From Ginkgo biloba (lineage: Eukaryota; Plantae; Ginkgophyta), in NCBI GenBank assembly GCA_024626585.2, contig JANKJI020000002.1, positions 241,531,697-241,557,719 of the forward strand: a DNA stretch of 26,023 nt, given 5' to 3'. Both the position numbers and the translations under genes were made by a program. The notes under the pieces were generated by a model. It ran no database searches. It was not told the DNA's origin and was given only the letters and a program-made list of their open reading frames with translations. Of this stretch, positions 10,706 through 22,183 are shown one piece after another; within the stretch, counting starts at the first letter, position 1; each line of letters opens with the position of its first letter.

Positions 10706-12308
10706 NNNNNNNNNNNNNNNNNNNNNNNNNNNNNNNNNNNNNNNNNNNNNNNNNNNNNNNNNNNNNNNNNNNNNNNNNNNNNNNNNNNNNNNNNNNNNNN
10801 NNNNNCTCAAGACAGATTCTGATGATTAAATGAGGGAAGATTGGGCCTATTTATATCCCAAATTGTTGAAGCTTACACCAAGTTGCTTCTAAGTTGGTTG
10901 GGACTGTAAAATGAATTCCAAATGTCCCTTAATGGCTTACAACTTCAATGCCCTCTATTTAATTTGACTAGGTGGGCTGTTTAATCTATTTTAAAGCTCC
11001 TTAGTCCATAGCAANNNNNNNNNNNNNNNNNNNNNNNNNNNNNNNNNNNNNNNNNNNNNNNNNNNNNNNACGTACACAACATGCTCAGGCTTTTGATGAA
11101 GAGTAGAATATGCTAAATAACTTGATGTTCCATGATGTTTCTTATGCTGAGAATATTTTAGTTGCAGATTAAGAGGAGTATGCATAGTAATTTACAATAG
11201 TCAACTATAGTCACAATGTAGAATTCTTTGATCCAAGAAACCAAACTCAAAATAATACAGAAAAAGTGTACTCAATTATAAGAAAGTACTCAGCTAGTTC
11301 AGGGTTACAACTTACCATATATATACCAGATTGTACTGTTTTGCAATTTTTGGTAGCAATCTGCAACACAATATGTAACATCACCATGCGCACAGCAGGT
11401 GATTATCTCCAATATAAAAAGAAAGTATGAGAAAGAATGAAATCAATACACTAGCATACAAAAAATGAGAAAAATTCTTAAACAAACTCATGCACTATAA
11501 GACGAGGTGTGATTTTATAAAGAGGAGTTACATTTGTATGCAAAGGACTGAAAGATGGTGGGGGGGTCATGGTTATCTGTAGAGAGACCCAAACAATGTG
11601 AGGAAATTGTGATGAATGCCAAAGTGCATCACAGAAAAATACTGCAAAACAACAGGAAACCTTAGGAAAATTCAAGGGTTTAAGAAATCCAATTCATACA
11701 CCAGCCTATGCTCCTCTGCCAACAGTCAGCGGGCATTGAACATGTTGAAAAGATCTAGTCACCCTTGCAGACCATGGTCAAGTTTGAGCTGTATAATTTT
11801 GCACAGTGAGCCCTGAAAATAGGAAAATACACATTTGTGTTACCTTACATTGCACATTCATGAGCTTGACATGGGTAAACCAAGTTCACAAATTCCATAA
11901 TTTGTTTCATCTCTCATACTCTACAAAGTCTGTATAACAAAACAAGCAAATGGAAGAATAAAAATTCATCTAGATTCTGTTCAATTTTATATATCGATTT
12001 GTTGTTGTTTTGTTGTCTTTAATGTCCTGTGTTTTCCTGAGTGACTGTGTTCTGACTTGAGCAAAGCCAGTAAACCCTGAATTTGCTTGCACTCTAAACA
12101 CTCGGCCTTTCTTTGTACCCTGAAAACTATTTTAGATATTGTTTCACCTTGTGCGCTAAGAATTAATCAGAATGAAGCTGTTGATTCCATATGGCTCCTG
12201 CTCATATGATGATATATGTCTCATTCTGTAGAATATTGAACCTTCTCTATATGGGTTCCTCATGTTGCAATTTGTTTAACATCCAACCGGAACTTGCAGA
12301 AAATGAAG

Positions 12309-12372
12309 GTTCCTGCAATATTCATACGAAGGAGATTCTTTCCAGTCCATAGCTGTTTCAAACCATGAAGTG
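12309..12372 (+). CDS. Candidate upstream internal exon of the Tudor-like gene (FLQYSYEGDSFQSIAVSNHEV)
   Basis: The open frame ends in phase 0 at GTG|GTAATT, compatible with the phase-0 acceptor at 12812. The acceptor is uncertain (AAG at 12306-12308, or CAG at 12297-12299, which gives stops). Confidence 0.35.
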
Positions 12373-12811
12373 GTAATTATTAGAGTACCTATAAATATGT
12401 CAACATTAATTACTAAAGACAGATTCATCTTTCAGTATGACTAAGTCTAAAGATTGTTGACATTTTTGGCTTTTACTTGAGAACTAATTGCTTCAGAGTA
12501 TATGTACTTGATTTGCTATCTAGAGTATATTACAAAATGACATCACTATCTATTAATATTTTCTATATGTACTTTGTTTGGTCTCTCCAATGCATTGGTT
12601 TCATGATTTGGGCTTTTTAATTATCCAATAAACTGAACAAGAAATACCATTACCCAGTAGAAATTATGAGTAACTCCATTGTAATGGTATCTTCTTCTTC
12701 CTGAAGTGCATTGATTGTAAACCACAGGCTTGAAAATAAAGCAAATTTGGTTATGCATCTATGGAATATGAAATGTGGATATAGCATAACATGATGTATT
12801 TTTCAGTGCAG

Positions 12812-13414
12812 GTTCCATGCGAATCTCTGAAGGCAAAGGAACACTTGACAGTGAAGTCTGTAGGAGTTCAAACAACTCCCGATTTATGGGATGGTTTGGA
12901 GAGTATGAAAACACCCCTGAGTGATCAAAGACAAAACATTGGGCATGCAAGTTGCAAAAGAAAAAGTTCAGTTGTTCTTGATGAATTTTCTGCAGCTTTT
13001 CATTGTAAAAAATTGAGGTCATGCATTTCTGAAGGACTCAATAATCCAAAATTTTCTACCAAAACTTCCATTGATTCTCAGTACCAGAGCAAGAAGTTCG
13101 TGAATGAAATGCGATTTCCTAACAAACATCATGATTCTTTATCTATTGCCAAGGATTTTGATTTCCAATCTATGAAAGAAGCAAGGAAGCCCCAAGACAT
13201 GAATGCTCTTAATGCTAAAACAAGATCACATTTGGCCACTTTGGAAAATTTGCATGCTTTGATTGACAGTATTGATTTCACCAAAGGTGGAGTGTCAAAT
13301 TATTCGTNNNNNNNNNNNNNNNNNNNNNNNNNNNNNNNNNNNNNNNNNNNNNNNNNNNNNNNNNNNNNNNNNNNNNNNNNNNNNNNNNNNNNNNNNNNNN
13401 NNNNNNNTTATAAG
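12812..13414 (+). CDS. Large internal exon of an uncharacterised nuclear protein (contains a 100-N gap)
   Basis: TTTTTCAGTGCAG|GTT acceptor, then 165 stop-free codons before the gap in a region otherwise full of stops. Ser/Lys-rich with basic clusters KRK and KKLR. Donor AAG|GTAAAT at 13414/13415. Confidence 0.75.
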
Positions 13415-13581
13415 GTAAATGCGACTTTTTTCTCACAAAGCAGTTGTTCTTTGATATAAAGACCAAAGTCAGGCTGCCAAGGTTATTTCTACATTGAAAT
13501 TGCTGGTAAATATTTTGAATGAAAATAGGCTTAACCAAACTTCATATGTAATGAGTTACAGAGTCCCATGAACTCTTGCAG

Positions 13582-13773
13582 GTACTGTATGATAATAAGA
13601 CAGGTGAGCGTTTGGAGTGGCTTGATCTGGAACCCACATTGTTGTACAGGCAACATGAAAGCACAACAAAAAACCGACAGACTATTGGTAGTAGATCTCT
13701 GTGCAGATGGCCTAAACAGCGGTCATTGAATAAAATTAATCTTGGAAAGAAGCAGACAAAGAGACACAGATAA
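13582..13773 (+). CDS. Terminal exon encoding the C-terminal part of a Tudor-like domain and a basic tail
   Basis: CTCTTGCAG|GTA acceptor after a 167-nt GT-AG phase-0 intron. The spliced product YK|VLYDNKTGERLEWLDL resembles the plant Tudor motif H/Y-K-V-x-YDDG-x-EW/I-x-x-L. Stop TAA ends at 13773, followed by T-rich UTR-like sequence. Confidence 0.7.
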   Translation, partial: VLYDNKTGERLEWLDLEPTLLYRQHESTTKNRQTIGSRSLCRWPKQRSLNKINLGKKQTKRHR

Positions 13774-14149
13774 TAGATAGATGATGTACATTGTACATTA
13801 CCGTTTCAAGTAGCAGCCATGATAGCAATGGAAGGATTTCTAAGCACTGTGCACTTCCAGTGACTACATTACAGAGAGCTGTAGAACTTCAATTTACTTT
13901 AGTTTGGTTACATATCAAACCTATGATATTTGGGTTCACACTTTATATGGTCTTTTTAATATTCATTTATAATTTACTAAATTGTAACTTTTCATTATCT
14001 GGTGATTAACAACTATTTTAGTGTGTCCTATCTCACAAGTACACAAATCATATTTTATATTTTCTTTTTGTTTTAGGTGGCATCTTTGGAGTACATATTT
14101 TATGTATATCATACTAGTACTTTTGATTACCATATATTTATGCTAATTT

Positions 14150-14980
14150 AGAGGTCATTCTAACAAAAAATTCTTAAGGATTTGATCAAATAAAAGTAAT
14201 ACTTAATGTTATTTATCCAACTTTAGTAGTCACTTCAAATCTAATATCATAATAGAAATTACTTAAATTTTTTGAACTTTATTTCTTACTCTACTTTGCC
14301 TTATGGGTTTGTGTTATTTAATAGATAAAACCAAGACCTACATGTTCTAAAATAACAACAACTAAAGAAAATTTTGCTTAGATTTTTTCTTCTCATAAAA
14401 AGTGTTATTTATGATCACATTATCTCAAATACTACTTAGATAAGAATTAATTACTTTATGATATGAATTAACATTAGTGTACAATAATTATATGGAAATC
14501 TTATGTTAACTATTTTAAGGGAGCACGATTCTATTTCATTGAGTCTAAGCATGAAAATCTGGATTCAATTTTTAAAAATTCCAAACCTAAGAAAAACTAA
14601 GATTATTATAATTCTTAATCCTATGGAAGGATGAAATTATTAGAAATATTATACTTGAGAAATCACTATTAGTTTCTCTCAATGGTCTCATTAAAAATTT
14701 ACTTTTGATGACAACAAGTGTATTTATTCATTGCATTCTTTATATAGTGACTAATAAAGGTGTAGGAATGACAATGTTAGGAAAAGTTCATCTTGAGAAA
14801 ACCCAACAATTATATGAAGATCATCCATAATTCATGTACCAATTTAGATATCTTAAGACTAATAATTACTTGTGTTTTCTAATCTATTTAATAGATCCAA
14901 ATAGAAAATAAAATTATAAGCACATTGAAATAATGTCATCTAATATTAATTTGTGAGCTTGTGCTACTATGCATAAAATT
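14150..14980 (+). pseudogene. Possible extremely decayed Ty1/Copia RT-RNase H remnant
   Basis: Scattered motifs in the expected order: GFDQ (~14178), YSD (~14743), RKSS (~14779) and KHIE..FICELV (~14918-14963). No continuous frame. Confidence 0.3.
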
Positions 14981-15773
14981 TATTTTTACAAATAGGCATA
15001 GGATATGTTAGTTACCTATGGAGTGGAAAAACATCTTAGAAATAATCAATGGACATAACATCTCATATGTAACATACATAACATCTAAGACATAAATAAC
15101 ATGTTCATTGTGTGGATATTATGTGATAGATGAGCATAATAGAGGTTACACATTAGAAGGTAACTAACCTCAAATCCATTATGCCTACAAACATTCATAA
15201 TATGTTAGTGTAATAGATGTTACATATGTTATTAGGCATAATATTTTTTACTCTTACATCTCCCTATACATAATAGATCTACACATAGAGGACAAATGAG
15301 GGGAAAAGGAGAAGAATGGAATAGATAATAGATGTTACTTCTATCATTTCTTATGAGAAGATGATAATTGCAATTCCAAATGAAAAAGCCAAAGATAAAA
15401 TTCAGTGCACTTTATTTTTATTGTTATATTATCAATATAAGAATATATGTGTTAAATGATGTTTATCACTAATTCAAACTTGACATGATATAAGTATGGA
15501 TGTCAAGGGATACATGGATGTACACTTTTAATTTTTTTAGTAATGGAAATTAAATTTTTATCTAATAAAATTTATGAATAGATGTACAGTTCTAATTTTT
15601 TTAGTATATATCCATAGAAAATAATTTNNNNNNNNNNNNNNNNNNNNNNNNNNNNNNNNNNNNNNNNNNNNNNNNNNNNNNNNNNNNNNNNNNNNNNNNN
15701 NNNNNNNNNNNNNNNNNNNNNNNNNNNCTTAATGGATGGAAAATATTATTTATATGCCATATCATGCATTCAG

Positions 15774-16100
15774 AGTGAAGTTCAGCATTGCTACTCTCCG
15801 AATGGAAATGTAACTTCAGCAGGGAGACTCATTGTGCCTAGGATTACTTTGGTGACAATTGAGTCCATCATGAACTCAAACCGGCAATTTCAAGTGGCCT
15901 TAACAGAAAATATCTCTAATTCAGTTGCTTCAGTCATTGGGATTTGTAACCTCTGTAAATAGATAGCTTTTCACTCATATTTATGTAGCAGATTTTTTTC
16001 TTTCAGGTGTTCGTGTCATAAGTTTTGTAAAATAACTACTTTTAAAAAAAGGTCCTCGGAGCCAAGCACATGTAAATTATTTTTATTCTCAGTACATATG
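15774..16100 (+). pseudogene. Cys-rich degenerate ORF or exon of unknown origin
   Basis: ORF 15732-15962 continues in frame past one TAG: ..GICNLCK*IAFHSYLCSRFFSFRCSCHKFCKITTFKKRSSEPSTCK. Splice-like sites CATTCAG (15773) and TTTCTTTCAG (16006). Confidence 0.3.
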
Positions 16101-16349
16101 TGATTTTCTATAATATATATATATATTGCTTCATAATGTGAAAGATTTTACGACAGAACAGTGTAAAGTAGGACAGAATCCCTCATTTTGAGAGTTTTCT
16201 TCACTTGAAGACATGCTTTTTCCTCTCCACATGTCCTTTATGTGATTACACCGTTGAAATGAAATGAAATAATCTGAAGACCTCTAAGACCATTTTGGTC
16301 AATTGGACATTTACAATCGTGTTCTATGTGATGCTTCCATTAAAAAAGA

Positions 16350-16737
16350 AATTATTTGGTTTTATCCACTCGTATTTTACATGTTTTGTGTAAGTTTGGT
16401 TTCATTAATATAACAATGCTTCTCTCTGTTTCTTCAACTATATTTAACTTGAGATTCTCTATCTTCCAGTCTTTGTTTTTGCCTCAAGCCCCTCTATTAG
16501 ATTTTTTAACAGTGCATATTTTCGTTCTGATCTTGCCAATTCAATGTTTTCAACCACCACATCTTTTAGGATCTTGAAAGGTGAGATGATGTGAAAATAT
16601 TTTTGTGCCTTTTGAATATCCGGATATAGTGTGATTAGCATTTGGAAATAACATTCTAAAGTATGACGGTGAATCTTATGAAGTGCAATGATGTTCTCAG
16701 CCAAACGATCAGAGGGAGAATTATATATCCTATTTTT
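16350..16737 (-). pseudogene. Degenerate exon or ORF of unknown product, possibly DNA-transposon derived
   Basis: GTGCAG| acceptor on - at 16738, then 92 open codons. After one frameshift it continues KNKDWKIENLKLNIVEETERSIVILMKPNLHKTCKIRVDK. Confidence 0.35.
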
Positions 16738-17629
16738 CTGCACTGTCCAATGAAGATAAAATATTATTAGTCGTCTCTTTATTCATGCATCACCGATGTT
16801 GGCAAATAGGTACATATAAACCATCAATCATGCATGAAAGTATTGAATCAACAACATAAAAAGGTAGATGAATTAGAATTGTCGCCACAAATTTCTTCAA
16901 CATAAGCAGTACATGTTTTTTGAAATGCGAAATATGGGTTTCGGGTTTTGAGTAGGGAAATTGGAAATGCTCAATTTGTCACTTTTAGTACTTTTACAAG
17001 GAAATACACTAAAAAGACCCATTTCAATGTGAAATTTTTCAGTTAGTGTTAAAATGTTCTCTGCATTGTATAGATCTAGTATGAGAATTGTTGATCTGTG
17101 TTCAATATGTTTTGATCCTGAAATGTTTGCCTAAAATCAATCTAGAAAAGCTCGAAAATGTTTAGGCCATTGCCGAAGCAAAAAAGTTCTCTTCTTGCAA
17201 AGGGTTTATTTGGGTCAAAACTTTTAAAATGCAATTTTAAAAAAATTTCTTCAAATCTATTTACTATTATGTGTATCCACTAAAAATTTTACTTTTGAAG
17301 ATATCAAATAGTAAGAATTCTTCAAATTTTTACTAAAATTTTTCCATGATTGATTATCCATCCAACCANNNNNNNNNNNNNNNNNNNNNNNNNNNNNNNN
17401 NNNNNNNNNNNNNNNNNNNNNNNNNNNNNNNNNNNAACATTTATTTGTTTGGAAAATCTATCAAGTAAACAAAGTTTTGATACACTATTCACCATGCAGA
17501 TTGTAAGGCACTATTAACTAGATTTGTTATAGTTTGTTGCCTAGTTCAAAATGGGATCACATAAATTCTTAGAGTTATTTTGCATTCAAATAAAATATAA
17601 AACTTTATAGATAAATTGAATTAACCCAA

Positions 17630-17776
17630 AAGCTTTGAGGTAATATTTGTTCTCCAAAGATGTTGTGTATTTGTGTTGGAATCACTTGTTCTCCAAAGGT
17701 AATATTTGTTCTCCAAAGATGTATATGTATTTGAGGTAATAAGCTTTGGGATCACTTGTGTATTTGTGTTGGAAAG
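17630..17776. repeat. Patchwork of short shuffled direct repeats
   Basis: AGGTAATATTTGTTCTCCAAAGATGT x2, TTGTTCTCCAAAG x3, TGTGTATTTGTGTTGGAA x2, AAGCTTTG x2 and ATCACTTGT x2, in permuted order. Confidence 0.8.
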
Positions 17777-17779
17777 CAC

Positions 17780-20070
17780 ATGATTATCATTGGTAGGATT
17801 CCCTAATTTTCTAGTGTTATAGGAGATTCAATGTTTAGGATATAAGCTTAGAAGTGCAATGAGATACACTTGGGTGTCTGAGAATTTTGCTTCTTCTAAC
17901 CATGATGATAAGTTTAGGGGGTAGTTGTAGCCTATCTAGGCTAGGCCAAGTCTGGCTTTCAAAGTTAGGGTTGCGAGCCCTGGAACTATATGATATAGAT
18001 TATTTTAAGATTAGAAGCACAAATTATTAGATTTATGAATGTTTATGCTCCAAACAATATGCACGAAAGAATACAACGATGGGAGTGGTTACCTACAATC
18101 TCCTTAAGGCCTCATGGATTGTGGTTGGGGATTTTGACATGGTTGAGAAAAGTGAAGATAGGCTAGGAGGATCAATGCCAAAGATGTCTTGATAGTGGTA
18201 TAGTGGTTGGTAAGAATCTAACTAGCTTTGTCCGAGGTACCTTTAGACAGGATTGGTAGCAATATCTTGAATTGGACGAACTTGCAGTTAAGAAAGGATA
18301 AAGTATATGCAAGTTTGGACAAGTGCTATCTTTTCACATATGGTTAACAATGACTTTGTCAAATCACTATCCAATTTTTAGAATTTTTTAGATTCTCCTT
18401 CTTTTGGCACCCTCCAAAAAAGTCATTATTTAATCTAAACACATTATTTGTTCAATACTTGGAAGTTATTAGGGGGATAACGCAAGTTTGGAATTTAGTG
18501 CCAATGCCAAGAGGGGGGGAAGAATGAATAGATTGGTGGGGTGAGTCAGTCAAAAGAACATCCAATCAGATTTAAGGCTTTGGTAGATAACTAACCCAAT
18601 TGAAAAAAGCATCTCTAGCCAGCGTTATGGAGGCACTAAAGAAGGTCCAAGATGACTTGATAGTGGAACCTTTTAATGACGAATTGTAGAAAGAGGAGAA
18701 GTCATCAGATAAGAACCTAGGAAATTTGAGGTTATGATAATTAGAGGTGCATNNNNNNNNNNNNNNNNNNNNNNNNNNNNNNNNNNNNNNNNNNNGAAAT
18801 GCACCTTTGAATTTTTTCTTTGATTGTTTGAGGAATAAATAGAATAGTGTTAAAATGAGTAGAATGAAGATTCAATCATGGGGGACTAGAAGGAGATTCA
18901 CAAAATTATTATGAGGGATTTTAGAAACATCTTCATGTCTAAAATCAAGTCAATGGCAAGGGAGGACACAACTAAGGCATGCTTGGGAGTTCATTAGAAA
19001 AAGATTCCTCTAGAGACAACTATGCTCATGGATTTTTTAGAATAGACAAGGTATGTAAAAGGAAAGTTTATTCTAGAAATTATGTTGGCAGCATTAGAAG
19101 GTATGTAGTGGACCAAGAATATTGGGCAAGAGGGGATTTTTATAAAAAAATATTTTGATAAGGCCTATGATTGAATTGACCGCGACTTTAATCAAGGGAT
19201 TAGGGCCTCTCATCCTTGAAGATTGGTTTAGGAGTGTCGTGTATAACCATTATGCATAGAGATAACACTAATAATAAGGGATTGAAATGACTGATAACAT
19301 GCAATTAAATACACACGATCACATTCTAAAGTTATGCACAAGACCAACTCAAACAAAGAATGCCACCTACAACAACTTATCAAATATTTGGAAGAATAAG
19401 GGTTTCTTCCATATGATCAAGTTGTTATCACATTCTCATCCAAAGTGGTTATAAATGGGTGAGTGTTAGAGGCTGTTGAATTACAAAGATCAATCAAGGA
19501 AGGTTGTTATCACCCTTACTGTTTTGCTTTAGCAGTCAATGCATTGGGTTATTTGTTAAAGGCTAAAAACATTTATGGGATAACTTTGCTATTATCTAGG
19601 AAATAATTAGTTTAAAGGCAATCTGTAAAATTACCAATTTAATGTTAAATGTATAAAATGGTAATGTGGATAGAGCTTTGAATGACTTGGATAGGTTTTA
19701 TTTCACATCTAGATCATTAATTTCATTAAATAAGTCTCTATGTTATTTCCAAGGGAGAGGGAACATTATAGAATCGACTATCGAACTAGGGTGATAGAAG
19801 ATTTTAGACAAACAAATATTTAGATTCTCAGGAATTCCTTTTGGTTTTAAGAACTCTAGCAAGATGATATGGGGCTAGTGAATGAAGATATTTTCTAAGA
19901 AGTTATTACGATGGTATCAAAGAGAATTTTCATTAACAAGAAGGGTGATAGTGGTGTCTAAAATTCCCTCTTTGGCTTGTTTAACTCTTTTCTAGCTAAA
20001 TTTAGTATTCTTTCCTTACGAACTATTCCACAAGTCTATTTAGCGCAAACTGTAATGATTTCCTATGGTC
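17780..20070 (+). mobile_element. Degenerate L1-clade LINE ORF2 (APE endonuclease plus RT), internally deleted
   Basis: FMNVYAPN (~18032), WIVVGDFDM (~18115), ASLDKCY (~18309), FDKAYD*I (~19155), LQRSIKEGC/SPLLFALAV (~19480-19537), RFSGIPFG (~19822) and FLW (~20060). Many stops and frameshifts. Confidence 0.88.
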
Positions 20071-20570
20071 AAATATCCTAGCTATTTATAGACAAATGAT
20101 TTATTGACCTTGCTCCAAGATCAATCCTTCCAATCTTTCCTACATTCTAATTGTCAAGCCAGAGTTCCCTCTGGACTCCCTCCTATAATACATTAGAATA
20201 TTTGTATATAAATAGAAATAACATAACACATCAATCAATAACATACATAGAGGCTAGTTTGATAAATAACATAATAATTCATTAATATAGGTTAATCAAT
20301 ACATGAAATTACATTTGGCTCTCAACCTCTCAGGGTTCTTTCTCATCCCTACTTATAGGATAATAGCCATTTTATAAAAATCGGTGGGGGAAACATTTCC
20401 TTCATCAAATAATATGATATAATCAATAGTTTAGTCCACTTAAGGATGTGTCCCATCATGATATAATATTCTATCACACTTTATACGCATGGTATGATTC
20501 TTAATTATAAAATCCCCCTTATATTATTTGGCCCTTAGATTTGGAATCCTTTCGCGTGATTAGGTGAGGG

Positions 20571-21345
20571 TGTTAGAGCATCATTTGGTTATGTTGATTA
20601 GGATAGAACATATATTTTTAATTCTTGGTAGATAATGTATTAGATTCAATCGCAAAGCAACTTCAAGTGGTTGATTTTGGTATCCATCAAATTTACAAGA
20701 TTGGAGGCTTCCTATTTGATCTATGCAAGATATATGCTATGAATCCCAACTATCAATATTCTCCCTCTACTCTTATATTTATATCCTTTTGTAATCTNNN
20801 NNNNNNNNNNNNNNNNNNNNNNNNNNNNNNNNNNNNNNNNNNNNNNNNNNNNNNNNNNNNNNNNNNNNNNNNNNNNNNNNNNNNNNNNNNNNNNNNNAAC
20901 AAAAAGAGTTGTTGGACTAGAATGTTGGATCGATGGATCCACTACTATAAATTGAGGCGTACGAAAGTCCTAAGAGAGAGAGTCCAATGAGAGCAACGAA
21001 GTGTTGTCGGATTGAAGAGAGAACAAGGAGGCAATGTGAAGTAAGTGAGATAGTGGTTGAATTGTGGTAGCGACGCAGCAGGTGAAGTGGGATTTCGATC
21101 TTAGTGACAGGCTAGGGCTAATATGACAAAGAGAAGAAAAAGGCCTGGTTGACGGATGGTGGTGGGAGGAGCTCATCGGCTACTGACTGGTGTCAGTAGG
21201 ATGAGTCAAGTTGGTCGTTGGTCTCAGGTTGTCCGACACTGACTCGAGATAACCACTCCACTGTCTAGCTTCCCCTTCGATCCAGGATCTTGTTATGGCT
21301 CCAAATAATAGGAATTATTTGGTGCCACCTAGTGATGGTTTCAAC
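20571..21345 (+). mobile_element. LTR-like sequence preceded by a degenerate PPT (spans a gap, may be two elements)
   Basis: GATTAGGTGAGGG|TGTTAG junction at 20570/20571. CTATAAAT at ~20946 is followed by a GA-rich tract. Confidence 0.45.
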
Positions 21346-21368
21346 GAGATCAGCTACCGCAAAAAGCA

Positions 21369-22183
21369 TGTTTGAAAAAAGGGTTCGCCCATATTGCCAC
21401 AGGTAGCTCTTGACCTTAACACACCCTAGCCGCTAGGCTTTCATTTAAAATAGATAAGCATTCATACATCACAACAGAGAAATCTGCATAGGAGTTTTGA
21501 ACTGGAGAAACCCTCTTAGGGAATAAAACTCCATGTTTATTACACCAAAACACATTACTGGGCCATCTCCCTTACATGCACAGCCAACCGAATTAAATGA
21601 CACCACCCACAAACTATAAAATACCTACTGGCATTACAACAGAGCCTCACGGCTTTACAATTCAATTAAATATTCGTTGTGCATGTGAATCCATGGTGAA
21701 ACTGCACCAACATGGAACCCTTCTCCCTTGAACTTCCTCCCTCGGTGGTCAGCTCAGTGAGTCCAACTCATTCCCCAATTACAATGGTAGAATTCTTCTC
21801 ATCTTAGTCTCAATCTGCTCCCCTGGATAGAATTCTATTTTGCCCATGAGAATCTTCCTCAGACTTGCTTCTNNNNNNNNNNNNNNNNNNNNNNNNNNNN
21901 NNNNNNNNNNNNNNNNNNNNNNNNNNNNNNNNNNNNNNNNNNNNNNNNNNNNNNNNTTTCCATCTCTATTTATAAGCTTGGATCCAACAAATCCATTGTT
22001 CTAGCATCTAATGGATCCTACAGCCTAAACGACTTTGTTAGGTGAGAATTTACTCTACAACTGCTACACCATCAATGGCTACAACATTCGTAGGTGCATC
22101 CTCCGATGGTGTCCTCCAGATGCCTGTCTGTGCATGATGCACTTTTACCCACATTTGTCATCTTCTCGTGTGCTCAGAGGAAC
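21369..22183 (-). mobile_element. LTR-like fragment
   Basis: CTCTATTTATAAG (~21964, TATA on -) after a CT-rich tract. GGAGAAACCCTCTTAGGG is similar to AGAGAAAACTCTCTTGGGG at ~10171. Confidence 0.4.

Noticed and set aside
12791-13459. Single-exon 222-aa gene starting at ATG 12791
   Set aside because: The ATG lies in the pyrimidine tract of a splice acceptor and the 3' end reads through a donor site. Frame continuity across the 100-N placeholder gap is unverified.
15955-16006. GT-AG intron in the Cys-rich ORF
   Set aside because: It is only 52 nt, and splicing shifts into a frame that stops after a few codons. Left unresolved.
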